64,000 nt of DNA, taken from the NCBI GenBank assembly GCA_023213395.1, contig CM041465.1:121031741-121095740 (forward strand), read 5' to 3'. Source of the stretch: Cycas panzhihuaensis. Taxonomy: Eukaryota > Plantae > Cycadophyta. Every line of letters begins with the position of its first letter. The stretch's first letter is position 1. The position numbers and the translations under genes are program-made. Positions 11,656 to 25,300 of this stretch are shown piece after piece. The notes beneath the pieces are model-generated. The model did not search any database. It saw only the letters and a list, made by a program, of their open reading frames with translations, and had not been told where the DNA came from.

Positions 11656-14600
11656 CTCATATGATTCAAGATATTTCAAGACCTATCAACTATTGAATGA
11701 TACCTTTTTCCATTGAGTTAGTCCATGTATTAGGAAATATAACTCTCTTTCTAATAGTGTGCAATAAGACCAATCTAATTTTCATTTATTAAATTCCTTA
11801 GTTAACATAATAATAGTGCCACTTTTACCCTATGGTTGGATCAAAATTGTAATAACCCAAAATTTAACTTGCCTCATAATTGTTAGAAAATAAAATCATG
11901 CTCAAATGTTATGATAGAAAATTATATATAAGTGAAAGCAATAATTCAATACAAGGATTCTCAACAATGAGATGACATAAGATACAATATGAACTATAAG
12001 TAAACTGAAGTATGCATCATAAGACAAGACATTAAGCATTGGAGGAAATGATCATCTCCAATATTGTATTATGAATGAGTACATACTTATAGATGTAGTC
12101 CACCTTATCGAGGAATAATGATATTGGAAAACCTTTAATAGAACCTATAAGAATATATGAATACGTGAGCTATAAATACACATTTCAATAATGCTCACAG
12201 ATTAATATCTACATAAATGTGCACCTCAGTAAGATGTGTATGCTTAACATTTGAGGAATGATTATTACAATAATCATGGATTGACCATAGATTAAACATT
12301 ATTCTCAAACACTCCCTCATAATATTTAATCTTGTTTTGTTTTGTCTATCATTAAACTTTGTTTTCATCTCCAAATTGCCTCGTGTGTGCTTCCTTTATG
12401 TGCTTGTCCCTCTTCTCCAACTTTTAAGAAGAAACTTGTGTTCACCTTGTTTGGACTTACAATTTTAGGTTTATGACCTTACAAAATGATGAACCTATTT
12501 TGGATGTGTTAAGCTTTTATATTTAAATGTTAAATTATGTACTTTATATTGTAGAGTGTTGCACTTTATGTAAGGGTACTTTACCACTTAATGTGATAAA
12601 GTACACACTCACATTCTTTTTAGTGAGAGAATGTTGTGAATTGAGGGCCAGTGTACCCCTCTTGCACTTTTGCACATAAGATAGCTCAAGGAACACTTGT
12701 CCCACATGCAAAGAGCATGGCTTGGGTGTTTGCCATTTGTCAAACTTCCAACCCCTAAAGGTTTCCTCCTCTTCTATATAAGGAGACCGTTTCTCTAAAG
12801 CATATGAGAGTGAAATATTATACTATTATGTTGTTTATTTGAATATAATTCAATCTTGTTATTTTGGAATTGGGATCAATTCCTACTCTTCTATTGCTAG
12901 TGTTCTTATATGTTTGAGTGTATGCTTGCTTACTTTCTTGTCCATTTAGTGCTATTGATTTGATGATAATCATTTGAATCTCTTAGCATAATTTGCTCCT
13001 TATATGATCCTAGGCGTTCATTGTGGTATCAAAGCTACTTGGAGAGGAGTGTTGTTTTTCAGGCTTGGAGGAACCACAACAAACCCTTGGTGATGGCCTT
13101 CACTCTATGAAGGCAATCTAAGGCCAAGTTTGACTCTTTTTCTGCACTTTCTTTTTCATCTCAAAGTGTTTACAGGTTGGAAATTAACAAATTTAACTTT
13201 CTGAGATCTTTTTTGAGGCTCTATTTGTTATTACAACAAGGAAATACAAAGAAATCTTTTTTCGTTTCTCTTTATCTGCACTATAAAAATTATTGTTGTT
13301 GGTTTCTTTAACTTCCAGTGAAGAGTGTTGTAGTTTGAAGATTAAATTCTACTTTCCAGATCATTATTGGGCACTTATTCTATGAGTTGGGCATATATTC
13401 TGCATACTGTGTGTAGTATTTTGTCTTGGGGGTTGGTCTACAGTGTTAATCCTTGCTGAGAACACTTCTCTGGACCAACTTGTCTTTGTCTACTAATTGT
13501 TGATAACAGTTGGTACCTTTGTTTACAACCCTAGTTGGGCACCTTCTCTCCTTGCTCTTTGGCAATTTTGTACATGTAGGATGGCTCCTCAAAAGGTTGA
13601 ACGGCTTCCTACTAACACCCGACTCCCTTCTAATAGTTGAGCAGCTCCTCATTGGCTAGGCATCTTCATCTCGTGGCTTGGCATCTATCGTTTTCAACCT
13701 ACTATCTGTCCACCAGTTCAAAGCAAGGAAGTGGATTGTTCTCCTTGCACCAGCCATCTCACACCTCTAAACTACTCCATGATGGTGATATTCCATTGAA
13801 AAATCCATTTCCAATGTTCGTTGAAGATTTGACTAATTCATTTGATCTACTCGATCGATTTTTCGATCTTTGGTTCACCGCAAGTCCACTACCGCAATCC
13901 TGTTTACAAAAATATTTCATATTTCTCACTATAATGTTATAACCATATGTTATAACAATTGGAATAATTCCTTGAATATTCTAATTTTAATAATTTCCTT
14001 TTTCTAAAAGTTTCTTTTGTTAAAGTGTTTAATGTTATCTTGTCATTTTTAAAGAAAAAATACTTTAATTTTTTTGTTTTGAGTTTTATAAACACATGAA
14101 AAAATTTGCAAGTGTGTCTTTTTACTCAAAATCAGTGATTTGAAAAATATTTATACTTTTTTGTGAAAAAATCACATTGTACAGGTGTGTTAAAGACTCC
14201 CTGGGAGGTGTCCTCTTAGTCCTAGTCATAAAAAAGAAGCTAAAAATCACTTCTTAATACAAAAAATCACTTTTTTGGGGCGCGTTAAGACTATTTTAAA
14301 GTCCTAACATCTTCTTGGTGGTGTGTGACTTGGCGCAAGTAATTAAAGTGTGTGATTGTTTTTGCACTTAAAGAAAGAATCCATTCCAAGCACTACATGC
14401 AAGCAACAAGTTCTGATTTGGCACTTGTACCTTTTTCATGTTTTTAGTGCTCTCTTTGCTACACTTAGTGTTATTTTAAGCACTCAAGCAACTTCATTTG
14501 AAAGTATTTTGCATTAGGCTTTCAAGCAATTGCAAGGCAATATTATATTCTTTTCATTACAAATTTATTTTAATCCATTTAATACTTAAAAAATTGTTTA

Positions 14601-16345
14601 AAAATCTTTGTTGGAGAGGCACAAAAAGGATTAGAACTTTGCCTCTTCTCAAGATTGGTGCATTCCCTAGGGGATCAACCAATTGTATAGTCAGCACACA
14701 GCAATTGAGATTTTTTTTGAAGGAAAGGAGGTTCAGAAAGGGTGTTATTGGAGTTGTAAATTCCAAGGAAAGCATGGTACGATCGTGCAGATCAACCCTA
14801 TCTCACTTTTTCTAAACTTGACCTTGGCCAACTGTTGTATCTATTTGAAAGATCAGGGTTGGACTAACTCATTGTTTAGCCCTCCATCTCTCAAATGACT
14901 CTGTTCATTTGATGGATCATCTTTGTAAGATTAGGGATGTTGGTGTATTTGTGCGCGAAACTTAAGCAGCGAAAGTCTTTAGTTTTCAAGTCATTTTTTA
15001 GTTACAAGAGCATTTTTAAACAACTTTATAATATAACGGTGGCAATCAACATGCTTAATGCAAGCCACATTAAGTTAATTGGTGAAGATAACTTTCAAGA
15101 ATGGAAAAAACAAGTAAAAAATTTGTTTATTATGAATAAATTTTGGACTTATGTATCTGAGATAAATTTCAAACTTGTTTCCCACTAAAAGTCCAACAGA
15201 TGATACTGTAATAATTTAGCTTGATCCTGTTTTAGTTGCTGCTTAGGAAGTTAAGGATAAAATAGCTTTTAAAAGAGGCATGTGACACTTTGGTTGCTTT
15301 GTATGAAAGGCAAGATGATGTTCACATTGTTATGACTAAAGTAAAGTTGTTTACTTTAAAATTTGTTGAGCCCATAATGGCTTTTTTGTTATCCATCAAA
15401 GAGATCAATAATGAGTCAACAACATTAGGCAAACATGCATCAAATGGAGACCTTGTGATTACCATGATTCATGCATTACCACAGGAGTACAATGGTTTCA
15501 TTTCATCAATCACAAGGGAAGGCACGCTTGGCACCATGATTTTCAATCAACTTGAAAGTTTCTTATTAGAAGAAGAGCAAATCTATTCTCATTAGGATGA
15601 ACCATCAACATTTGGAGCATTTATAGCCCAGTACAAGGGCAAACATACTCCCAAACAAAACTTCAACAAACAGTTTAGGAATCTCAATATTGGCAGATGA
15701 AAAGACAATAACATTGTTTGTCATTATTGTGACAAAATGGGCCACATTTTATCTAAGTGCCAAAAAAGACAATTCGACTTGCAACAATAGCAACAACACC
15801 AGCCACAACAACAATAAAGTCAACAACAACAGAGACAACAACAACGTCAAGAACAATAGCCCCCTCATAGACCAAATTGAGGTTGATTTCGAGGAGGTCA
15901 CAAAAGAAGGGGGGCACTTAGAGTGGCCATCAATGCCACACAAATCAATTTGCAAATGATAATGACAAATTGTTTTGTGCCTATCATATCTCAAACAATG
16001 ACAACTCATGGATTGTCAATTCAGGAGCATCTCGTCATATGATTGGAGATGAGGATTTGCTCTATGACATTACAGAATACAAAGGGCAAACAATCACTCT
16101 TGGTAATGATGAGATTGTTCAAATATTTAGAGTGGAAAAAATTGCCTCCTTCCACTCACCAGATTGCCCTAACTCCATATTTTCCATAGGTGATGCTTCC
16201 TTGGTGCCATCATGCCCAAGAATCTGCTATCTGCTAGTCAACATGATAGGCAAGAAATGAGCATTTTATTTAAAGGTAGGAAATGCACTATCGGTGACAA
16301 GAATAATCAAGTGGTTGCCATTGGTCATGAAGACCATGGACTTTA

Positions 16346-19300
16346 TGTTGAGGGAATGGATCTAGGGATCTAGTGCACTAACACTACACAATGGCAAATA
16401 AGCATAATGTACTCAACAAGAGAAATGCTAATAGCTTGAGCTCAAAGAGGAGAAGTGTAGAATGATCACTCTCCATGTAATTTCAGCTTATATAATGAGA
16501 ATGCTCATTAGGGTTTGGAATTTGAGTTTTCCCTCCCAATGACATTCAGATGAGATTACATGAAATTACAGTGAAATGAACTTTATGTCATTTCACTTAA
16601 GTGACTTAAGGATAGTCACCTTATCCTAAAGTTACAAACACAAAAGTGACTTTATCTAATTCTAACTTTATGAAATGACCATGTGACATTAACATAGTCA
16701 CAATCCCCACCCCTAATGGTAAAAGGTCATTTTCCTTTATCCTATTCTAATCTATGAGGTCTTCATTGTAGCCTCATTATTACATTGAGAAAAAAAATTC
16801 TACAACCTACAAGACACTTTTGTGGGAAAACCCTCGGGGGAATAAAAACCCACAGACTTGACTTCCTATTCTATGAAGTGGCTCAGGTGGCTTATTGAGT
16901 GTAGCCAGATATCCAAGTAGTACAAGTTGGTTATGTACCTTCAATCTGTTGAGTCTCCATATACCGTTTCGTCATCCCCCATGCCCTTTTGGGTTTTCAC
17001 AGGTTTTGATTTTTGAAACAAGTACAACCCAAGTCCTTTTGTGCCCACTGGGGGTTTTCACGAATGGGAGCAAGCAAAGACTTACTCTAGTCCTTTCGCG
17101 CCTACAAGGGGTTTTCACAAATGGGATAGAGTATGCTGGTCCAGTGTGCCATCCCCTTCAATCAGCTAGAGATGGAGGCCTTGAGGCCGAGCTGCTGTAG
17201 GAACTGTTCAAACTTCAACCTTTGCAGCGGTTTGGTGAAGATATCGGCCATTTGATTTGCTGTGGGGCAATGTTCCAATTGTATTATGCTGTTATGGATC
17301 AGTTCTCAAATCTTGTGGACTTTTGTACTAATATGCTTTGTACGATTATGAAAAACAAGATTCTTGGCCATGTGGATTGCTGACTGATTGTCCACATGTA
17401 AGCTTGTTGGACCTGTCTAGGTGATATCCAAAGTATGTAATAATTTGTGAAGCCATATCACCTCCTTGCTAGTCTCAGAAGCAACTATGTATTCGGCTTC
17501 AACAGTAGAATCTGCAATGATTTTTTGCCGCCTTGACCACCATGAAATTGGAGCTATTCCAAGAAATGTGATGTACTCGGATGTTGATGTTCTTGTATCT
17601 TTGTCATTGGCAAAATTTGAGTCTGTGCATGTTGTAAGTTTGAAATCATCGTTGTGCTCATACAACAAACCAAGTTCGTTGGTCATCTTTAGGTACTTCA
17701 ACAATGGTATTGCTGCTTGCCAATGGTTTTGCTTTGGAGTTGTTATGTGACAGGCAGGAATGCCAACGGCATGGGAAATATCCGGCCTTGTGTTGGTAAC
17801 ATAGATGAGGCTACCTACAAGTTGCCAATAGAGTGTTGTGTCTGCCTCTCGAGTGTCTTTGTTGGAAAGTTTGACATTGGGCTCCATTGGAGTAGACATT
17901 GTTCTGGCATCTTCTAATCGGAACTTGATGAGAAGATCGCTGATATATTTTTCTTGGGAGAAAGATTTTTCCACTGCATTGAGTTACGTCAATTCCCAAG
18001 TAATATCTATTAGTCTGAGGTCAGACAATTCGAAGGATTTTGACAAGTCCATCTTCAATTTGCTGATATCCTGCTCACTGTTTTTGGTTATTAGCATGTT
18101 GTGCACAAAGATCAGCGACTTTGCCTTTTTCTCTCTTGATGAACAAAGTTGCATCAACGTCTTGATAGTCACATACCTCATAACCAAGTTGCCTCATTTT
18201 GTTGGACAACTTGGTGAACCAAGCGCGGGGGGTTTGTTTTAGGCCATATAGCGACTTTTTTAGTCTGCACACTTTCTGCTGCTATCTTAAAGCCTTCAGG
18301 CTATGTCATGTAGATTTCTTCTTCCAAATCTCCATTGAGAAAAGCAGTTTTCACATCGAGTTGGTGGATTTTCCACCCCTGTGGAGCAACCAAGGCCACA
18401 AGTGCTCTGATTGTGGGCCATTTGGTAGTTGGTGCGAAGACCTTTGTGTAGTCGATGCCTTCCCTTTGGGTGAATCCTTTTGCGACCAACCTTGCCTTGT
18501 GTTTTTCAAGGGTGCCATCTGATCTATGTTTATTTTTGAACACCCATCTGTTTCTACCTTTCTTCCCAAAGGCAGAACAACGAGCTCCCATGTACCGTTC
18601 TTGATCAAGGATTGGTATTCTTCATTCATGGCATTTCTCCAAACTGTGTGTTTCACAGCTTCTTGGTATGATAGAGGCTTGTCATTTAAAGCAAGGTGTA
18701 GTTCAGTCGGTTCAAGCTCTGTGGGAAGTGATGTTTGCTCCCTTGCTCTGTAGGCATCGCTTCGAGTGCCAGTTTTGCCTACCTCATCAGGTCTCAAGTC
18801 TTTGTGCAACTGGTAGGCTTCTCGAAAACCTTTGGTTAGGAATGAGGTTCTCATTTCCACAACATCCTGGTCTTCATTTTGATCCTGAAAAGCATCATGA
18901 CAGATGTATGGTCCGGAGGTTGATGACATTGCTGGAGAAGACGACCGTGCAACTGAAGGTGGTGAAGGTGGTTCTTTTGCAACTCTGTTTCCTTTTGATA
19001 CTTGACATGGTGATTCTTGGTTATTCTCCCAAGATGGTGTTGGATTAGCGCACATTGGCATAGGATCTAAGTCAAGGATAGTGTCCTCTGAGGCTCTATT
19101 GTCAGATTCCAAAATTTTGAGTATTTCTTTAGTGTCTCCTCCCCCCTCGCCCCAAATGTTGGAATTTGTATATCATATGCTTGGACATCATTGTATCTAT
19201 GAGATGGTGCTTTAGAATCAAGTTGAAGTAGCTGATTCTCTATCTCTGCAAACACCACATCCCTAGTGATAATGATCTTCTTTAATGTTGGAATGAAGAT

Positions 19301-22300
19301 CTTGTACCCTTTCTTGTTCATAGGGTACCCAACAAAGATGCCCTTTAAAGCTCGCGACTGGAGCTTATTTCTGTGCTCATCAAGAATTTGAGCATCACAA
19401 GTAGAGTCGAAAATTTTGAAGTGATGGATGGTGGGGGTCCGTCTAGTCCATCGTTCATTTGGTGACGGGCTGAGCTTCGATGGACTTATGCTATTCATAC
19501 AGTAGACTGCAATATAAATAGCTTCAACCCAAAGATATGCAGGTACATTCTTAAAGACGAGCATAGCCTGTGTCATATTCATTATGGTTCTGTTAGCCCT
19601 TTCAACAATGCCATTCTGTTGAGGGGTACCTGTAATAGTTGTTTGATGCTTGATCCCTTGGTGATGCAAAAAGTCTTCAAATTCATTTGAAGTGTATTTG
19701 CCACCATTGTCAGTCCTGAGATACTTCAACTAATATCCAGATTTCTTCTCTATGAGAGTCTTGAATGCCTTGAATATTGTGAATGCTTCATCTTTCGATT
19801 TGAGAAAGGTTACCCATACCCTTTGAGTGAAGTCATCAATAAATGTAATGTAGTACCTCTTTCATGTGAGAGAAGGGATAGGCATAGGCCCACGGATGTC
19901 TGAGTGTACTAATTCAAGAGGTTGGTTGACTTTCCATTGACTCTGGGGAAATGGTTGTCGGTGGGATTTGGCAATAATGAAAGCTTCACATTTGAATGGC
20001 TTAGAGGAAAATTTGGACAGACCTGGAGTGGAATGGGAGATTTTCTTAAGTCGATCAAGTTTGACGTGCCCCATGCGAGCATGCCAGAGAGCTTCTAGGG
20101 ACAGCTTGGAATGAGTCAAGGTGACATTATATGCAAGTTCTTTTTCGATACAGATGGGCGTAGCAACTTGGTATACGAAAGAAGACAATGTGGTTCTAGT
20201 CAGTCTAAATAGTTTACCTTCAAGTTTCCCAATCATCACTATAGAACATGAAAGCGGGTGAAGAACACTAAGAACTTGATCATTAGCTGTGACACTCAGG
20301 TCGAATACATGGGAGACAAGTGTGGATAGTGACATAAGGTTTTGTTTGAGATGGGGAATATCCAAGACATCTTTTAAAGTAAAATTGGGCAGGCCTGGGA
20401 GCTTCAGGTGTATGGATCCCATGCCCTGAACAGGTTGTGTCGACTTATCATCCATGTGTACTACTCTCGTGACCTCTGAATCAAAATCCTGGAAGAAGTC
20501 TTGGTGACAAGTCTTGTGCTAGGTAGCTCTGTGTCCATAACCCAGTCTGATGATGATGTTGATGCAGTATTTGCCTGTCCAAGAGGTAGAGGTAGTGGCA
20601 AATCAAGTTGACAAATGGCTGTGCCTCAATGCACCTCTTAGGTCTAGAAGCAACAGATGAGGTGGATTCTTCCCTGCTTTGTTGAATATGTGCCTTAATG
20701 AGATTTGCTCCTACAAATAAGTCATCATGACTCTCATCAACATTGTGGGCTTGATGCTGCTGTTGTTGATGACGAGGCAATCTGTTGTAGTCAATGCGAT
20801 AATCTTTTGCAAGGTGTCCTTTCTTGTTACACCTTTGACACGTGGGAGCATTGTTGTTTGACTGACTCTGATTGGCAGCCTTTTGACTGTTGTTTTGCTA
20901 TTGACCTTGTTGTTGCCTCTGTTCTTGTCCATGTTGCTTTCCATTGCCTCTTCTGCGACCTCTCCTTCCTCCGTGTGAAGATTGACCTTATTGTTTGGTG
21001 TAGTATACTTCTTTGTCCATGTCAGCTTCAAAGGCTGCATTAGGAGGTGAATTTGAAAGTGGGAAGTTGGTAGCGAAAGTCTTGTCATGTTGAATAAACT
21101 TCTCAGCTAACTCTTTGAAGTCAAGTGTCTTCAATGTGCAAGATGACTGAATATTTCCTAGTAGGTTCTTATAATCAGGGACGTGCAAACTTGACTGAAT
21201 TAGGAAGGCCCAAGTTATGCATTGGGTCTTAAAATCCTTGTCAATGGCCTGTTTAATGGGGCAAGGAGCATTGATGGTTTCATGTGCTCATCATTTCTAC
21301 ATTTGCATCTTGTTCATCTTCAATACCATATGAACAAACTCCAAGTCTGATCGAGTATCGAAGTTTCTTTTGAGGACTTTGAAGACCTTGAAGGCAACGT
21401 CGTGCTACTTGTCATCGATCAAGTTGTCTAAGGAGTAATCTGTAACTAGCAAGATCCTTGCTCTGATCTTCTGGTTTTCAATGATCCACTGTCGTCTTTG
21501 TGGATTATTAGGTGGAGCAGCTAGAGATGTGCCATCGCTTTGTGGTGTGGTGTCAATAGTAGGTACTATCGGGGTTAACTCCAAATGGTCCAGCCAGAGT
21601 CCCTCATACTTGGTTGCGTTCTTGACTCCCGTGAACCATAGATCCCAGTTCTCCTTCCCCTTTAGCGTACAATTCATATTCTACTTGAAGTTGGTTGACA
21701 TGGTGGTGTGAAAAGATGAATGAGAGTGATCTATATAAATGTATATGAAAATGCACTAAGTAGAAGAAGGTGGAGTCACTGACACTTGTGACTGTTGGCA
21801 TGAAAATTGACTCACAGGCTTGTATTGACCAAAGGAATGCAAGTACGGACGGTACGGAGGTACGCATAGTGGAAAAAGGTAAAAAATATGTAATCTGGGT
21901 ACGATGATGACACGCATCAGACACGTCTACATCACGTACCTTTCGAGAATGCATGCGATAGCAAGGCACAAATGGACAGATATGACCCAAAGGCGCCCAG
22001 AAATGATGACGTCAGCCCAAAAGGACATAAGTACGGATGTACGGACCAGAAAAGACACCATTAAGGAGACTTAATCAAGTGTTAAAGTGAAAGGGTACCT
22101 TGGTAACAAAAGGTATGGTTATGACTTTGGGTCATAACCTTTCATCAAAAGGCATCAAAGGGACATATTTAATGGTGCTTTGAGGACCATTCGATGTGAG
22201 AGCCGAGTTATTCATTCCTATGTTATGTGCTCGAGGGTGAGAGCCGAGATCAAGAGTACGCAAAGGTGCGGATGACAAGACGCATGACCGATTGGAGCAT

Positions 22301-25300
22301 GAGTGCATGATAAGTACCATCCGGTACGCATGTAATGTAGGATCAGATGTCACCGAATGCTCAGAACGCATTCCACCCTGTAAATGAACTGCTGAATTAA
22401 TAAAAGAAGAGTTATGTGGAAATTGATGCATTCTTGATGTATGTTGATGATGTCTTGAAATATGTATTGAATTGCATCATTTGTGTACCATTCTCGTGAA
22501 TCATATATGGAATGTATGTGGAATGTATGTGTATAACCATGTTGTGATGTCCTAAAACTAGACTATAGCTGTGTAACCTTGACAAGTGCATTGATTCCAC
22601 GAAGGGTGTGGAATCTATAAGTCAACATTGGTTCCGCTGCTCACGTCCATTGAGGAGGGACAGGCCTAGGGGTTTCAAAGAGAAAAGAATGTGTAAAGGG
22701 CGAGGACCACGTCGCCGCCGTGATGGCGGGTCAGAACTAAGCCACAGACTGTGGGACCTTCCAATGCCACCTAAGAGGCCTTCAAGGTCGGAAGAGCCCC
22801 AAAAGGATACTTCACCTAAGGAAAAAGAAACCCGAGCAAAGGGCACTAAGATGGTCAAAAGAGGCAAAACTCGGAAGGGCGAGGAGACTAAGTTCGCAAA
22901 ACAACGAGACTAAGGGACGGTCTGGTTGAAGGATCCGAGGCAAGTGGAGCCCAGACACCTCGGGAAGAAGAAACCCATGGCGAACGCATGGTATTGACAC
23001 CAACCCCTATCGAGATGATTTGTTTAGCGAATTGGAAGGAAGCCTAAAGTGGACGAAAAACATAAGGAAATCTTAACGAGGGAAGTATACCAATGAGGAG
23101 GACAGCTCAAGGACCTAGGTGATGATGATAAGAAGGCGGAGGAAGGTCCCTCGGCATATTGGGAAAACAAGCTAACGAGGCAGTTATTTGAAGATTCGAC
23201 AGAAAAGGGTTCTGATCAATCTTACATTACGGTAACACCATTGACAATACAAGTTCCAGGTGTAGTGGAACCTATACATATAAAAACTCCGTTCAAAAAT
23301 CCGTTGTTTGGAAAGGATACGGCAGCAGTAGTCACTCCCAGTACATCCCCAAAGGACGGAGGAGGGGAAAGATCACCATCAGGTGGGGAACGGTTGCAAT
23401 CTCCCAAGATGGACGACCATAGAGATTTCGGGAAATTAATCTTCAATGATACTTCAGACGCAGCAGAGCATGTGTATTTGTTTCAGAATCTCATTGATGT
23501 TAGAAAAATAACGGACGAAGATGAGATTAAAGCACGCTTCGCCTGTACATTGAGAGGTGTACCCTTGGCTTGGTATAAGGAACGAACAAAAGTGAGCCAT
23601 GGGCAAAGATGAAGAAAGCGTCAAGAGAGATTCCAAAAGTTTCGCAAAGAATGAAGTGTGGAAATCGCATTGCGAGAAATCGTGCAGAGGTCGGGGAATC
23701 CGTCTAACTTACATTAGTAGAATGAAGATTATTGCGGCAAGTATGATCAATGAGACAATTACGGATCATAACATGAAGAATTACTTCGCCGAGGGCTAAA
23801 TGAGAAGTTGCGAGCCATGATGCATGCTCATCCATTGAAATCATTCAAGAATGCTCGAGTTGGCATTGGATTTCGAGATGGAAATGGACGCCTGTGCAGG
23901 GGACAAGATTCCTTCGCTAAGATTGCAAGATGAGATTAGAGAGTCGAGACGTAATCAAGATAATCGACCCTTCCGCCAAAGTTGGAGTAGCGTAAGAGGA
24001 GTCTCGAATTAGAGGCACGAGGAAAGAAGTAGCCCGATTGAAAATCAGAAATAATCGGGAAGAAGAAGAGACACCGAAGAAGAAAGAGCACACTGGAAGG
24101 GTGACCAAGTGGTGCCATATTTGTGAAGAAAACTCACATACCACCCGGGAATGTGAGTTGAATTTAAAAAACAGTGCGACGCACCAACAAGAGAAGTGGT
24201 GCCACATATGTGAGGTGGATACCCACACAACTAGGGATTGTTTCTACAATTCCAGGGGAAAAGCATTTAGAGGCCGAGGTCGAGGGAGAGGTAACCCACC
24301 TCGAAATGTGTATACAACGAGGGGTGCACCAGAACCCTCGAGGAAGAAACAGCCGATGGGGAGATGCCTCATCTGCCTACAGTTCGGGCATTGGAAGTCC
24401 GAATGTCCGATGAAGGTGAATCTGAACAAAAGCCGTCAGTATGTAACTGTGGCCCAAGCGACCACAAAACGGAAGATTGCAAGGGTAAAGCAAAGGCAAC
24501 TAATCTAATGACAATCGTGCCAGAAACGAAGAATGTGAAATTACAGAATAAGCAGAAAGAGAAAGTGGATGAAGAATACCCACATCCCCTAACTGAATTG
24601 GATCGGTACAAGAAAGCAAAACAAGTGTTGGATGGTTTAGTTCGGGAAGAAAATATGCTACCAATGGGTAAACCAAACAAAACTGCTTTATGTTCGGAAA
24701 AACAAACAAAAGAGCCAGAAAAATCACCAGAGGAATCGACGGTAAAACCCCAAATGGTGCAAATGGAGGAGTTGTTTAAAGGATTACCGTACCAAGAGAT
24801 TCCCGAATGTTGTTATTGATGGAGAATCTAGTGAAGCAGTTGCAGTTAACTATTCCTCTGTCTCAGGTTATAGATTGGATTAAAGGAGGAGTGTTACAGA
24901 AAGGAGTTACCAAAAGTTGGAAGCAAATCATACCATCATTCGACATGGATCCGATGGTAACCATGTCAGTTTTGGGAGAAAAGTTTCCGAGAGTGATCGT
25001 TGATGGGGGAGCAGCTGTGAATGTACTGCCCACCTCGACATGGCGGAAGTTGGGAAGCCCGAAGTTGGAAGCAGCGACTTATTCGCTGAAGTTGGCTAAT
25101 GAACTACTAGTACGACCCATGGGAAAACTGACCAACATCAAGGTGGATGTGGCAGGAATTGTCGTAAAGATCGATTTTACGATTGTGGAAACGGAGAAAG
25201 GTGCAACTCCTATCCGACTTTATTGGGAGACCATGGCTATACAAAACCCAATGTCTCCAGAGTTGGAAAGATGTAACCTTCACCTTGTCAGATGAAGGAA

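Noticed and set aside
12460-12500. TTTTAG-GTTTATGAC as the next LKR/SDH exon
   Set aside because: Hits a stop within a few codons and does not match the expected peptide.
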